Source of the DNA: an uncultured Chloroflexia bacterium
GTDB lineage: Bacteria; Chloroflexota; Anaerolineae; CG2-30-64-16
Assembly: GCA_963783655.1 (NCBI GenBank)
Contig: CAWAOA010000001.1
Coordinates: 444-64,443, forward strand
Direction: 5' to 3'
Length of the DNA: 64,000 bases
Shown here: positions 13,057 through 27,571 of the stretch, piece after piece
How positions within the stretch are numbered: the first letter of the stretch is position 1
How the letters are laid out: every line of letters begins with the position of its first letter
Position numbers and translations under genes: made by a program
The notes under the pieces: model-generated
Told to the model about the DNA's origin: nothing
Seen by the model: the letters and a program-made list of their open reading frames with translations, nothing else
The model's database searches: none

Positions 13057-14214
13057 ATGAAGCTTCGCACGTTGTTCGTCCTCGCAATGGTGCTCGCGCT
13101 AGTGACCGGCTGCGCCGGCACCGCGCCCACCACCGCCCGGCCGCGCCGGCACCTGCGGCCACCGCACCGGCCGCGGCGAAGCCTGCCGCTACCACAGCCC
13201 CCGCAGCCCCTGCGGCGACCGCACCGGCTGCGGCAAAGCCCGCCGCCACCACTGCCCCGGCCGCACCCGCGGCGACTGCCCCGGCCGCGGCAAAGCCCGC
13301 CGCCGGCCAGAAGCTGCGCATCGCCGTCGTGATGCCCAGCGCGACCACCGACCTGGCCTTCAGCCAGTCGATGTTTCAGGCGCTGAAAGCCCTGCAGACC
13401 GAGATGGGCGGCGAAGCCAATTTCGAGCTGAAGTACTCGGAAAACATGTTCAAGGTGCCGGATGCTGCCACTGCGCTGCGCGACTACGCCAGCCAGGGGT
13501 TTGACATCGTGATCGGTCACGGCTCGCAGTACGGCGCCTCGATTCAGGAAGTCGCTCCCGATTTCCCGAAGACGACCTTCGCCTGGGGCACCGACGTCAA
13601 CACATTCGGCCTGGCGAACGTGTACGCCTACACCGCCGCGGCTGAGCAGGGCGGCTACGTCAACGGCGTGATGGCCGCGAAACTGACCAAGAGCAAGGTG
13701 ATTGGCGTCACCGGCCCGGTCGAGGTAGGCGATGCAAAGACCTACATCGACGGCTTCGTGCAGGGCGTGGCTTCCGTCGACAAGGACATGAAGGTCGCCA
13801 AGACGTGGACCGGCTCCTTCTCGGATGTGGCGCTCATGACTGAAGCAGCCAAGACCCACATCGCGGCCGGCGCAGACGTGCTGACCGGCTCGTCGCAGTC
13901 GGTGGTCGGCTCCATCGGCGCCGCCAAGGAAAAGGGCACCGTGCTCTGGTTCGGCACCCAGGCGGACCAGGCCTCGTTGGCGCCCGCCATCGTGGTCGCC
14001 AGCCAGGTATACGACTGGATCCGGCATCCTGAAGCAGATGATCGACAACCGCAAGGCCGGCAAGCTCGGCGGCGAGAAGTTCACCCTGGAGCTCAAGAAC
14101 AACGGCCTCAAGATGGCGTTCAACCCGGGCTACAAGCTCCCGGACGATGTCAAGAAGGCCGCCGATACGGCGATCGAAGGCATCAAGAGCGGCGCCATCA
14201 AGGTGAATCCGTAA
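13057..14214 (+). CDS. BMP-family (PnrA/Med-like) ABC substrate-binding lipoprotein, 2-3 frame breaks.
   Basis: AGGAGAG precedes ATG 13051/13057. Signal and lipobox MKLRTLFVLAMVLALVTGC. Pro/Ala repeat linker. The body is in ORF 13329-14243 (..KLRIAVVMPSATTDLAFSQSMFQALKAL..GHGSQYG..). Inferred tail ..AIEGIKSGAIKVNP with a stop at 14212-14214. Confidence 0.85.
13149..13305 (+). repeat. 57-bp coding tandem repeat (about 2.8 copies) encoding the APAATAPAAAKPAATTAPA linker.
   Basis: Unit starts at 13149, 13206 and 13263, giving an exact 57-nt period. Units differ by a few substitutions. Confidence 0.85.
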
Positions 14215-14222
14215 CGGACGGA

Positions 14223-14264
14223 GTTCGGAGTTCGAAGTTCTAAGTTCTGAGTTCTGAGTTCTGG
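14223..14264. repeat. Heptamer microsatellite GTTCKRR, 6 copies.
   Basis: GTTCGGA GTTCGAA GTTCTAA GTTCTGA GTTCTGA GTTCTGG, immediately after the SBP stop codon. Confidence 0.85.
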
Positions 14265-14297
14265 GCGCAAGAGCCTGAGGGCTGGTTGCGCAGGAAT

Positions 14298-14451
14298 GAG
14301 GGTCGGGTCTTCAACCTGACGCTCATTCGTACGTAGGTCGGGTTTTCAACCCGACACCGTCTCTGTGTCTCGAATATGTAGGTCAGGTTTTGAACCTGAC
14401 ACCGGCTCTGTGTTCCAAGGAGCACGGTGTCAGGCTACAAGCCTGACCTAC
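14298..14451. repeat. Cluster of four REP-like hairpins, consensus GTAGGTC(R)GG(Y)-loop-(R)CC(Y)GAC.
   Basis: Stems: GTCGGGT/ACCTGAC (14302-14320), GTCGGGTT/AACCCGAC (14337-14355), GTCAGGTT/AACCTGAC (14382-14400) and GTCAGGC/GCCTGAC (14429-14447, inverted orientation). These are followed by five CCGAGGG units at 12-13 nt spacing (14455-14516). Confidence 0.8.
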
Positions 14452-14550
14452 ATACCGAGGGTACATCCCGAGGGTACATGCCGAGGGCAACTACCGAGGG
14501 AAACTACCGAGGGGCCATCGTGGGGGCCCCCCTAGAACGGCCAGGAGCGG

Positions 14551-16139
14551 ATGATGGCGACAGTCTCACAACCCGCAGCAATCAAGCGCATCCAACGGAT
14601 CGAGATGTGCAACATTGTCAAGCGGTTCCCGGGCGTCCTCGCCAACGACAAAGTGTGCTTCGACGTCAATGCGGGCGAGGTTCACGCCTTGCTGGGCGAA
14701 AACGGCGCGGGCAAAAGCACGCTGATGCGCCAGCTCTACGGCCTGTACAAGCCCGATGAGGGCGATATCCTGATCGACGGCGAGCCCAAAGTCTTCGGCT
14801 CGCCCGCGGATGCGATCCGGGCCGGCATCGGCATGATCCACCAGCACTTCATGCTGGTGCCCACCCTGACGGTGACCGAGAACATCGCGCTGGGGCTGCC
14901 CTCGACGCGCGAGCCGCTGCTCGACCTGGACAAGGTGAAGGCGCGTGCGTCCAGCTGGCGGAAGAATACGGCCTGAAGGTCGATCCCGATGCCTGCATCT
15001 GGCAGCTATCGGTCGGCGAGCAGCAGCGGGTGGAGATCCTGAAGGCGCTCTACCGGGGCGCCGGCATGATCATCCTGGACGAGCCGACGGCGGTCTTGAC
15101 GCCACAGGAGGTGAAGGACCTGTTTGCGACGTTCAGGCGGATGGTGAAGGAGGGGCACGGGCTGGTCTTTATCTCGCACAAGCTGTACGAGGTGCTGGCG
15201 ATCAGCGATCGCATCACGGTGCTGCGAGACGGCCGGTTCAGCGGCATGTGCGCCACCAAAGACGTCACGCGCGACGAGCTGGCGACGATGATGGTGGGCC
15301 GCGAGATCAAGCGCATCGCTCCCCCGCCGCAAAAGGCGGGCGAACCGCTGCTGCAGATCCAGGGGCTGCACGCCATGGGCGATCGCGGCAAGGAAGCGCT
15401 GTGCGGCATCGACCTGGAGATCCACGCCGGCGAGATCCTGGGGCTGGCGGGCGTCTCGGGCAACGGGCAGCGCGAGCTGGCCGGGTGCCTGGGCGGGCTG
15501 CGCAAGGTCACGGCCGGTTCCATCATCGTCAAGGGCAAGGAGCTGACGCACGCCTCCGTACACGAGCGCCTGGAGGCCGGGCAGGCCTTCATCCCGGAAG
15601 AACGGATGCGGGACGGCGCCATCAAGGAGTTCTCGGTGCAGGAGAACCTGTTCCTGCTCGACCACGCTGCTCCCCAGTTCACGCACGGCATGTTTCTCGA
15701 TTTTCGCCGCATGGCTGCGCACGCCAGCTCGCTGATCAAGGACTTCAACGTCAAGACGCCCAGCCTCGATACCCCCATCAAGAACCTGTCTGGCGGGAAC
15801 ATCCAGAAGGCGATCATGGCGCGCGAGCTGTCGCGAGAGCCGCAGGTTTTGATCGCTGCCCAACCCTCCCGCGGCGTGGATATCGGCGCCACCGAGTACA
15901 TCCACCAGCGTCTGCTGCAGCAGCGCGCGGCGGGGAAGGCGATCCTGCTGATTTCCGAGGACCTGGACGAGGTGCTGGCGCTCTCGGACCGCATTGCGGT
16001 GATCTACGAGGGCCAGATCACCGGCGTGGTGAGGCGCGATCAGGCCACGGTCGAGCAGCTCGGACTGATGATGGCGGGCGTCCCCATGCACGAGGCGCTG
16101 GGAAGCGCCGCGCCGGCGAACCGGCCAGACCATGCGTAG
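14551..16139 (+). CDS. ABC transporter ATP-binding protein with two fused ATPase domains, 1 frame break near 14945.
   Basis: AGGAG precedes ATG 14551. Walker [10 protein letters not shown]. After the frame break, [31 protein letters not shown]. The second domain has [34 protein letters not shown] (ORF 15030-16139). Confidence 0.9.
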
Positions 16140-16908
16140 CCTGCGCTCCGACGCCCGGCCGCTGTACCTGCGTGCCGTCGACGCGCTCTACGAGCTGATC
16201 GAGAGCGGCGTCTACGCGGCGGGCGAATCGCTGCCGTCCGAAGCCGAGCTCGCCCTCCGCCTCGGCGTCTCGCGGTCCACGATCCGGGAAGCGTTGAGCT
16301 ATCTCGAGAAGGACGATCTGATCCTGCGCAAGCAGGGGGTAGGCACCTTCGTCGCGCCCCGCCCAGAGCATATTTCGGGCGGGCTGGAGCGGCTGGCCCC
16401 GTTTCGCTCGGTCGCAGAGCAAGCCGGCGCGCGGGTAGAAGTTATCGAGCGCACCGTATGCCTGGCGCCGGCAGATGCGGCCACGGCTGCCGTCCTCGAG
16501 GCGCCCCTGGATTGCGAGCTGGTATTGGTGCAGGTGGTCGAGGCAGTGGACGGCCGGCCGTTGGCGTACCTGGAAGGGTGGATTTCTCCCGCAGTCGTGG
16601 ATTATGGCCGGTTGGCGGCGGACGAAGGCTCGCTGCTGGAGCATCTGGCCGGACGGGCGGACCTGGCGATCTCCTATTCGCGCTCGGCCGTCTATGCCAT
16701 CGAAGCCGGGCAGGATCTGGCCGGACGCCTGGACGTGCCCGAGGGTAAGGCGATCCTATATCTGGCCGAAACGGTGTACACCGATGTCGACGTGCCCATC
16801 GCTCTCTTTCGAAACTACTTCATCACCGATTGGTACAACCTGAAGATCGTCCGCCGTATCGTCCGGACGGCCGGGCAGGGCGGGCGCATAGCGCACGAGG
16901 GGACCTGA
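16132..16908 (+). CDS. GntR-family (HutC/UTRA-type) transcriptional regulator, intact.
   Basis: 258-aa ORF: LYLRAVDALYELIESGVYAAGESLPSEAELALRLGVSRSTIREALSYLEKDDLILRKQGVGTFV plus a C-terminal effector domain. It overlaps the ATPase gene end by 8 nt. Confidence 0.85.
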   Translation: MRSLRSDARPLYLRAVDALYELIESGVYAAGESLPSEAELALRLGVSRSTIREALSYLEKDDLILRKQGVGTFVAPRPEHISGGLERLAPFRSVAEQAGARVEVIERTVCLAPADAATAAVLEAPLDCELVLVQVVEAVDGRPLAYLEGWISPAVVDYGRLAADEGSLLEHLAGRADLAISYSRSAVYAIEAGQDLAGRLDVPEGKAILYLAETVYTDVDVPIALFRNYFITDWYNLKIVRRIVRTAGQGGRIAHEGT

Positions 16909-16910
16909 TT

Positions 16911-17793
16911 ATGGAACGGTTCGGATATGTGCGGGCAGAAAGCATACCGCAGGCAATTTCCCTGCTGAACAGCCCCGGCACGCGCAGCAGGCCGCTGGCC
17001 GGAGGCACGGATCTGCTGCTATTGCTGCGCGAGGAGCAGAGCTGCGACCGGGTGGTGGACATCACCCAGATCCCGGAGCTGCACCAGATCGCGCGCCGGG
17101 CGGACACCGTCGTAATCGGCGCGGGCGCCACCTTCAGCGAGGTCATCGAGAGCCCGTCGTAAACGAGACGGCGCCGGTGCTCGCGCAGGCGTGCCGCTCG
17201 GTGGGCGCGACGCAGATCCGCAACATGGGCACGCTGGGGGGCAATGTGGCGAACGCGGCCGCGTGCGCCGACTCGCTGCCCGCGCTGGTGTGCCTGGACG
17301 CGGTCGCGCGGGTACTTACGGCAGACGGCGAGCTCGTCCTTCCGGTCTGCGGAGCTGATCATCGGCCCCAACCGCACGCAGATCCCGGCGGGCGGCCTGC
17401 TGGTGTCGCTGGAGTACGCAGTCCCGGCGCCGGGCAGCCGCAGCGTCTTCTTGAAGCTGGGCCGGCGCAACGCGATGGCCATCTCCCGCCTGACCGTGGC
17501 CGCGCTCGGGCCGCGTGGGCCCGGATGGCCTCATCGCAGAGGCGCGGCTGGTGCCTGGTTCGGCCACGCCGCAGATCCGGCGCTTCCCCGGAGCAGAGCA
17601 GTTGCTGCGTGGGCGAGAAGCCGGGCGCTGGCGCTGTGCGAGGCCGCGGGCAAACGTGCGGTGGCCGAGATGATGCGAGATCACCGGGAAGCGGTGGTCC
17701 AGCGAATTCAAGGAACCGGCCCTGCTGGCGCTGGTGACGCGCGCATTGCTGCAGGTGTTCGACCTATCGTGGCCCGGAGGGGACGGCGCATGA
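16911..17793 (+). CDS. Molybdenum hydroxylase FAD-binding subunit (CoxM/XdhB/YgfM-like), 2-3 frame breaks.
   Basis: ATG 16911 lies 2 nt after the GntR stop. MERFGYVRAESIPQAISLLNSPGTRSRPLAGGTDLLLLL. VGATQIRNMGTLGGNVANAAACADSLPALVCLDA. FLKLGRRNAMAISRLTVA. The inferred stop TGA at 17791-17793 overlaps the next ATG. Confidence 0.8.
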
Positions 17794-18311
17794 AGATCGC
17801 ATTCACGGTGAACGGCAGCCCGGTGAGCGTCGAGGCGCCCGCCGATATCAACCTGCTCAACCTGTTGCGCGACTACCTGGGCCTGACCGGCACCAAGGAA
17901 GGGTGCGGGGTGGGCGAGTGCGGCGCCTGTTCGGTGCATGCTGGACGGGCGGCTGGTCAACTCCTGCCTGGTGCTGGCCGCGCAGGCAGCCGGCCGCAGC
18001 GTCATCACCATCGAAGGCATCCGCGGCGCGGACGGCGGGCCGAACGACCTGCAGCAGGACTTCATCGACTATGGCGCCGTGCAGTGCGGCTACTGCATCC
18101 CGGGCATGGTGCTGGCCGGCGAGGCGCTGCTGGCACGCACGCTGACCCCCAACCGCCACGAGATCCGCGAGGCGATTGCCGGCAACCTGTGCCGCTGCAC
18201 GGGCTACCAGCAGATCGTGGATGCGATCGAGGCAACGGCCACGCAGAGCAGGAGGCAGCGAGCGAAGAGCCGGTCGATTCGGCCCCGTTGGCTGCCCACT
18301 ACTCGTCGTGA
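17790..18311 (+). CDS. Molybdenum hydroxylase [2Fe-2S] small subunit, 1-2 frame breaks.
   Basis: MKIAFTVNGSPVSVEAP..LRDYLGLTGTKEGCGVGECGACSV, then LDGRLVNSCLVLAAQAAGRSVITIEGI..CGYCIPGMVL..CRCTGYQQIVDAIEA. Stop at 18309-18311 in the frame of ORF 17244-18311. Confidence 0.85.
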   Translation: MKIAFTVNGSPVSVEAPADINLLNLLRDYLGLTGTKEGCGVGECGACSVHAGRAAGQLLPGAGRAGSRPQRHHHRRHPRRGRRAERPAAGLHRLWRRAVRLLHPGHGAGRRGAAGTHADPQPPRDPRGDCRQPVPLHGLPADRGCDRGNGHAEQEAASEEPVDSAPLAAHYSS

Positions 18312-18324
18312 TGCGAGGATAATC

Positions 18325-20704
18325 TTGAGCGATCTCAAGTATGTCGGCAAGCCTGCCCGGCGCGTCGATGCGCTGGAGAAGGTGCTGGGCACGGCCAAAT
18401 ATATCGGCGACTACAGGCTGCCGGGGATGCTGTATGCCGCGCTGTCTGCGCAGCGACCTGCCGCACGCCCGCATCGTCCGGCTGGACGTGGCGCCTGCGC
18501 TGCCGGTGCCCGGCGTGGTGGCGGCCATCACCGGCGAGGACTTCGTCGATCACGGCCGGTTCGGCTTCCCCGTGTCAGGACATGTACATGCTGGCGCACG
18601 AGCGCGTGCGCTACGTGGGCGACGCCATCGCTGCGGTGGCGGCGGAGAACGAGGAGGCGCTGGCAGCCGGGCTGGCGGCGATCGAGGTGCGAGCTGGAGC
18701 CGCTGCCGGGCGTCTTCGACCCGGAGGAGGCGCTGCAGCCCGGATCGCCCCTGGTCGGCGAGCAGCCGTGGGATGCGCCGACCGAGCCGCGGGGCAACCT
18801 GCTGGTCAAGCACATCGTGCGCAAGGGCGACCCCGAAGCGGTGCTGGCCGGGTGCGAGGTGCTGCTGGACGAGGAATACAGCACCGCGCACCAGGAGCAC
18901 GCCTACATCGAGACCGAAGCCGCGCTGGCCGTGCCCTGGCCGGGCAGCACCGGCGTGACCGTCTACTCCCCCAGCCAGAGCCCGTTCAACGACCGCGAAC
19001 AACCTGTGCCAGCGTGCTGGGCCTGGGCGTCGAGAACGTGCGCGTGATCCAGCCGCCGGTGGGCGGCGCATTCGGCGGCAAGGACGACCTGATGTACCAG
19101 ACCTCCGGGCAGGTGGCGAAGCTGGCGCTGCTGACCGGCCGGCCCGTGCGGATGACCTTCGCCCGCGAAGAGTCGATGATCTTCTCGTACAAGCGCGACC
19201 CGATGCGGGTGCACATCCGGCTGGGGGCCGACCGCACGGGCAAGCTGCGGGCCAGCAAGGTCGACCTGCTGGTGGACAGCGGCGCCTACGCCGCCATCAC
19301 GCCGTTCATCGCCTGGCGCGCCAACATCCACGCCATGGGCCCGTACCGCTACGAGGCCTGCCACGTCGACACCGATGTGGCCTACACCAACAACGGCTAC
19401 ACCGGCGCGTTCCGCGGCTTCGGCAACACCGAAGTCACGCGCCTGCATCGAGCAGGCCATGGACGAGCTGGCCGACCGGCTGGGGATCGATCCCATCGAC
19501 CTGCGCCTGCAGAACTGCCTGCGCCCCGGCGACGAGACCCCCCACGGCCAGCGCCTGGGCGACGACGTGGCGCTGGCCGAGTGCCTGGAGGAGGTGCGGC
19601 GGCGTCCGACTGGGACCGCAAGCGGCGCGAGTACGGCGCAACAGGCCGGCGGCCGAAGGCGCGGCCGGCGAGCTGCGGCAGGGGATCGGCGTGGCCTGCT
19701 TCTTCCACGGCATGTCGCTGGGCGCAGAAGGGGACGATTTCGCCGTCAGCACGCTGCCAGGTCAACGACGATCAACTCTCTCACCCTCACCTCGGGCCTG
19801 ACCGACTACGGCACCGGCTCGCGCACGGTCTACACGCTGATCGCCGCCGAGATGCTGGGGCTGCAATCCCGAGCGCATCCACATGCACCGCGCCCGACAC
19901 CGACACGGCCATCGCCAGCGGCCCCACCGTGGCCTCGCGCGCCACGGTGCTGGGCGGCAACGCCGTGCGCGTGGCCGCCGAGCGGCTGGACAGCCTGCTG
20001 CAGCAGGCGGCGGCGGACCTGTTCGGCTGCAGCCCGGCCCAGGTGCTGCGCGACGGCGAGCGCTACATCGGCCCCAGCGAGGAGCCGGCCACCTTCGAGG
20101 AGGTGGTCGAGCATGCCGCGCACGGCATGGGCCTGATCGCTGTCGGCGCACGGGCGCTGGGATGCGCCGGCCATACCACTGGTCGTTCGAGAGCGGGCAC
20201 GGCAAGCCGTATTTCGCCTATCACTACGGCGCGCAGGTGGCCGAGGTGGTGGTGGACACCGGCACCGGCAAGGTGGACGTGACCGGCATCTGGGCGGCCC
20301 ACAACACCGGCAAGGTGATCTTCCCGCAAGGGCATCCGGGCCAGCTCTACGGCGGCATCACGCAGGGCCTGGGCTATGCGCTGATGGAGCGGGTGGACTT
20401 CGACCAGGGCTACATGCAGGCCACCAACTTCGACGAGTATCTGATCCCGACCGCCGCTGGACGTGCCTGAGATCGTCGGCGCACTTCGTGGAGAAGCCGT
20501 TCGCCCGCGGGCCGTTCGGGGCCAAGAACATCGGCGAGCCGGGCATGGTGCCGACGGCGCCGGCCATCCTGAATGCCATCTATCCACGCCACCGGGCGGC
20601 GATCCGCCGACCTGCCGGCGAACCTGGAGCGGGTGCTGCTGGGCCACGACCTGCGGCAGCAGGGCTCCGACCGGGCCTGCAAGCTGGGGCTGGGAAGCGC
20701 CTGA
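18325..20704 (+). CDS. Molybdopterin-binding large subunit of a xanthine dehydrogenase-family enzyme, at least 6 frame breaks.
   Basis: TTG 18325 after GAGGA. SDLKYVGKPARRVDALEKVLGTAKYIGDYRLPGMLYAAL. GGAFGGKDDLMYQTSGQVAKLALLTGRPVRMTFAREESM. YHYGAQVAEVVVDTGTGKVDVTGIWAAHNTGKVIFPQG. FGAKNIGEPGMVPTAPAILNAI. Inferred stop at 20702-20704. Confidence 0.85.
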
Positions 20705-20740
20705 CTCAACGGTGCATGTTAATCGAACAGGAGAATTTCT

Positions 20741-24041
<3,301 letters not shown>

Positions 24042-24166
24042 GGATCGCGACAGACTCTCCGCAGATGATGGACGTGCGCCCGCGGTGAGGACCGCGAGCC
24101 GGCATGGATGCCGGCCGTCATCGATGCCGGCCGCGTGATGCCCCAAGTGAATGGCGCGAATCCTGC

Positions 24167-24208
24167 CAAAGACCCGTGTCGCCGAGCTGGCGACACGGGT
24201 CTTTGTTT
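24167..24208 (+). terminator. Rho-independent terminator after the ygfK-like gene.
   Basis: 17-bp perfect stem CAAAGACCCGTGTCGCC / GGCGACACGGGTCTTTG with a 5-nt loop (GAGCT), followed by TTT. Confidence 0.75.
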
Positions 24209-24407
24209 ATGCGCACCCTCTTGTGAAATTAGGTTCTTTTAGTGGCCGGTATTACAATTCACGCTGCGCGGAGGTGAGTTGATTTCCCGATCCACTCCCC
24301 GCCTCCGCCGTCGATCGGCGCTCCCCGCAATACCCGTGTGGCTGCCGGCTTGCCCCTTCGGCTCGTTGCTCTTCTTCGTCCGTTTCATCGTCACAGGAGA
24401 ATCGCAC

Positions 24408-27400
24408 ATGCCTCGGAAGCTCGCGTCTCTTTCCTTCATGGTGGCGCTCGGAAGTGCTGCCATTGCGCTGCTGGTGCTGGCGCTTTCTGCCGCAGCAGCC
24501 CCGCCCCTCACCGCTCCGGACGGGCCTGAAAGTGGGCTCCATCTCGACGTCAACTACTCCCATGACTGGGTCAACGCATCAACGGGGCTCAACGAGATCG
24601 CAGCCGTTAACATCAAGGTCAGGCGCAACGGGGCCGTAATCGCCACGATCGACGGCAACACCGGCGGGGACGGGAACTACAGTTCGAACCAACACCAGAG
24701 CGATTGGTCGCCCATGCAGCCTGACCTGATGCTCGGAGATACCGTAGAGGCCACGACGAGCGGCGGCTCGGCATCCGTGAATGGTATCGGCGAGATCACG
24801 GGCGCAATCGATATGGACACGGACTCGGTCAGCGGCACCATCCGCGCCCCGGGGCTGGCTCCGGGCAACGTCAGGGTGTGGTGCGAGGTTTGGGTTCAGG
24901 ACGTTAATGTTCCCTTCATTGAGCAGCTAGACGTGCCGGCGAACGGCGGGAGCTATAGCTGCGACTTTTTCACCACGCGCAGCTACCACATTTCGCCGGG
25001 TGATAACCTCGCGGTCAGTTATTTCGACCTTGAGGGTGACCGGGTAATTGCGGTTTTTCGCGCGCCCGCGCCCGATTTGGGTGTAAACGTGCGGACGGAG
25101 GGGAATTCGGACGCCGGTGAAGACGGCGTGTCGGTCTTCCGCGTCGACTACGAGAACCGGGGCGACATGCCCGCCGCGAACGTCATCCTGACACAGACAC
25201 TGCCGGCCGGCACCTCATTCGTGACGTCTACGCTCGAACTAGACATGAACCCGGTGGTTACTGAGGACACCATGGACACCGTGCGGTGGAACCTGGGCAC
25301 GGTATCCCCCGGGGGCAAGCGTAACTTTCTCGTGGTGCTGGGCAACACGTTGGACGTGCCATCATCATTCACGACCGCGGTGGACATCAGCACCAGCAGC
25401 CCGGGCGACGATCTGGGGAATAATCACTGGCAGACACTCGTCTCGATCGTCTCTGGCCGGCCCGATCTGAACGTGGGGCAGCAGGTCCAGCCCTACAACC
25501 CGCTCTCCGGCGATACGTACCGCATCGAAGTCAACTACGGCAACAACGGCCCGGTGCCCGCCGGCCCCGTGACGCTGAACGTGGACCTCGACCCCCGCAC
25601 CATCCTGGGCCCTTGGGCTTTCGATAACGGCTTCGGACCCTTGTGGAAGCTCACGTCGAATGCCGGAGGACACGTGGTCTTCGAGGCGCCCGCAGTGCCC
25701 GGCCGCTGGGGCGGCCGCTTGCTGCTCACAGTGGAGATCCCGAGCAGCGTTCCGGCCGACGAGCAACTGTTCAGCACGGTCGAAATCTCGGGGCCGTTGG
25801 ATTCGGATACATCTAACAACGGACCCTGGACGCAAGATGTCCGGACGACCGGGGATGCGCGTCCCGACCTGGGAGTCGACAAGAGCTGGGGGAACGGGCA
25901 GCTTGTGCCGGGTGGACACGCCTACTATAACCTCAACTACTCGAATGACGGCAACGTGACCCAGCCCTCGGTGCGGCTCACGGATACCCTGCCGTCCGGA
26001 ACCACCTTTGTAACATCGACCGTAGACCTCGGCTGGGGCGAATCGCAAGCGATGACGCCCGTTGACGTGAGCGGCGGCATGGTGGCCTGGGATCTGGGCG
26101 CGACTGGCGCCCGGACAACGGGGCAATTTCAGAGTGGAGCTGGCGCTGGGTGACGGCCTGGCCGGCGCCACGATTACCAACACTGCCCGGATCCGCGGCC
26201 TGGATGCCGACGGCTCGTGGTGGAACAACCTGGCCACAGCCGTCGATCAGGTCAACGAACCAGGGGCCAACCTGCGCCTGCGCAAGAGCGCCAACTGGGA
26301 AGGAGCCGAGTGGATCCGCTTTGAATTGCAGTTCGAGAATGTGGGCACGATCGCAGTCGATAACGTCCGCATCACCGATACGCTTCCGGTTGGGCTTGAG
26401 TTCAACGGCGACGCGTGGGCGAACTGGTGGCGCGATCTGAACAGGGAGCCCTTGAATCCGGTGACGCGCGAGATCGTCTGGACCACCAGCCGGCTCGAGC
26501 CTTCCTGGAGCGGCAGCATCAACTTCCGCGTCCGCGTGCCCGCGCCTGTCGAGCAAGGGTTGGTGTTCACCAACACGGCGCAGATCACCGTGCCTCTGGG
26601 AGAGTTGACGGAGGCCGACAACAGCGCAACGGCCATCGCTTTCACCGGCCCCGATCTCTACATTAGCAAGTCCCTCACGGGCGGCGACCTCGTCCCGGGC
26701 GGGCTGGTCACATTCACGATCAGCCTCGGTAACCGCAACAACGGTCCCTGGGACACCGGCTTCCCGCCGCAGAATCAGCCGGGTATCTTCATCACCGATA
26801 CGCTGCCGGCGGAGATGAGCATTCGAGTCTGCCACCGATCCCTACTCCCCGGGCCAGGAATGGCAGCCCGGGAAGGCCGGCAATGATCTGACGTGGGGCA
26901 TGGGCGGTCTGTGCGCCGGCTGCCAGGCGCAGTTCCAGGTCTCGGCTCGGATCTCGGATACGGTGCCGGGCCTCACGGAGCTGACCAACACGGTACAGAT
27001 CGCCGCCGCCTTGCCCGACATTCTGGACCCTTACCCGGCTAACAACCGCACGTCGTGGAGCGGCACGGTGATACCCACGTACGGCGTCGGCCTGGAGCCG
27101 GCGACGTCAGAGGCTTCCGGCCGGCCGGGGACCACAGTCACCCATACGCTGCGCCTGACCAATTCCGGCAATGCCCCGGCCACATTCGATCTGGGACACG
27201 GCAGCGCTGTCTGGGACGTGGTGTCTACGCTTGACGCAGGTCGAGCTGGCGCCCGGCGCCGCAGTCGACGTGCCGGTACTTGTGACTATCCCGCCACTAT
27301 CTGGCCCGGCGCAGCTTCAAGACACCGTGACGATCACGTCCACCGTGCGCGCCGACCCCGTCAAGCAAGCCGAAGCCGTCTTGACCACGCGCGCCGAAAT

Positions 27401-27437
27401 CGTTCAAATCTACGTGCCGCTGGTGTGGCGGCCGTAA
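24408..27437 (+). CDS. Large secreted DUF11-repeat surface protein, about 1000 aa, at least 3 frame breaks.
   Basis: AGGAGA precedes ATG 24408. Signal-like MPRKLASLSFMVALGSAAIALLVLALSAAAA. Recurrent DUF11-style motifs: TQTLPAGTSFVTST, LTDTLPSGTTFVTST, ITDTLPVGLEFNG, ITDTLPAEMS, ..NNxA.. The body spans ORFs 24279-26153, 26134-26886, 26900-27538 and 27171-27437. C-terminal tail ..IVQIYVPLVWRP. Confidence 0.8.
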
Positions 27438-27538
27438 CCCGCTGCCTGAGTCGGGTCAGCGTAGATTGGATGGCCGTGCCATTTTCACACACATGGACGG
27501 CCGGTAAGTCCCGCGAACTGTGTGTGACCTGCTCATAG

Positions 27539-27571
27539 AATGTGCCGGCTCTCGTTGGGAGCCGGCACATT
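27539..27571. terminator. Hairpin between convergent genes (terminator-like, no U-tract).
   Basis: AATGTGCCGGCTC (27539-27551) pairs with GAGCCGGCACATT (27559-27571) across a 7-nt loop. The right arm abuts the cyclase stop codon. Confidence 0.45.

Noticed and set aside
12087-14123. 678-aa minus-strand ORF, the longest uninterrupted ORF in this part of the track.
   Set aside because: It is antisense to the well-supported permease and SBP genes. It is extremely R/G/H/D-rich with no recognisable motif, which is a typical high-GC shadow frame.
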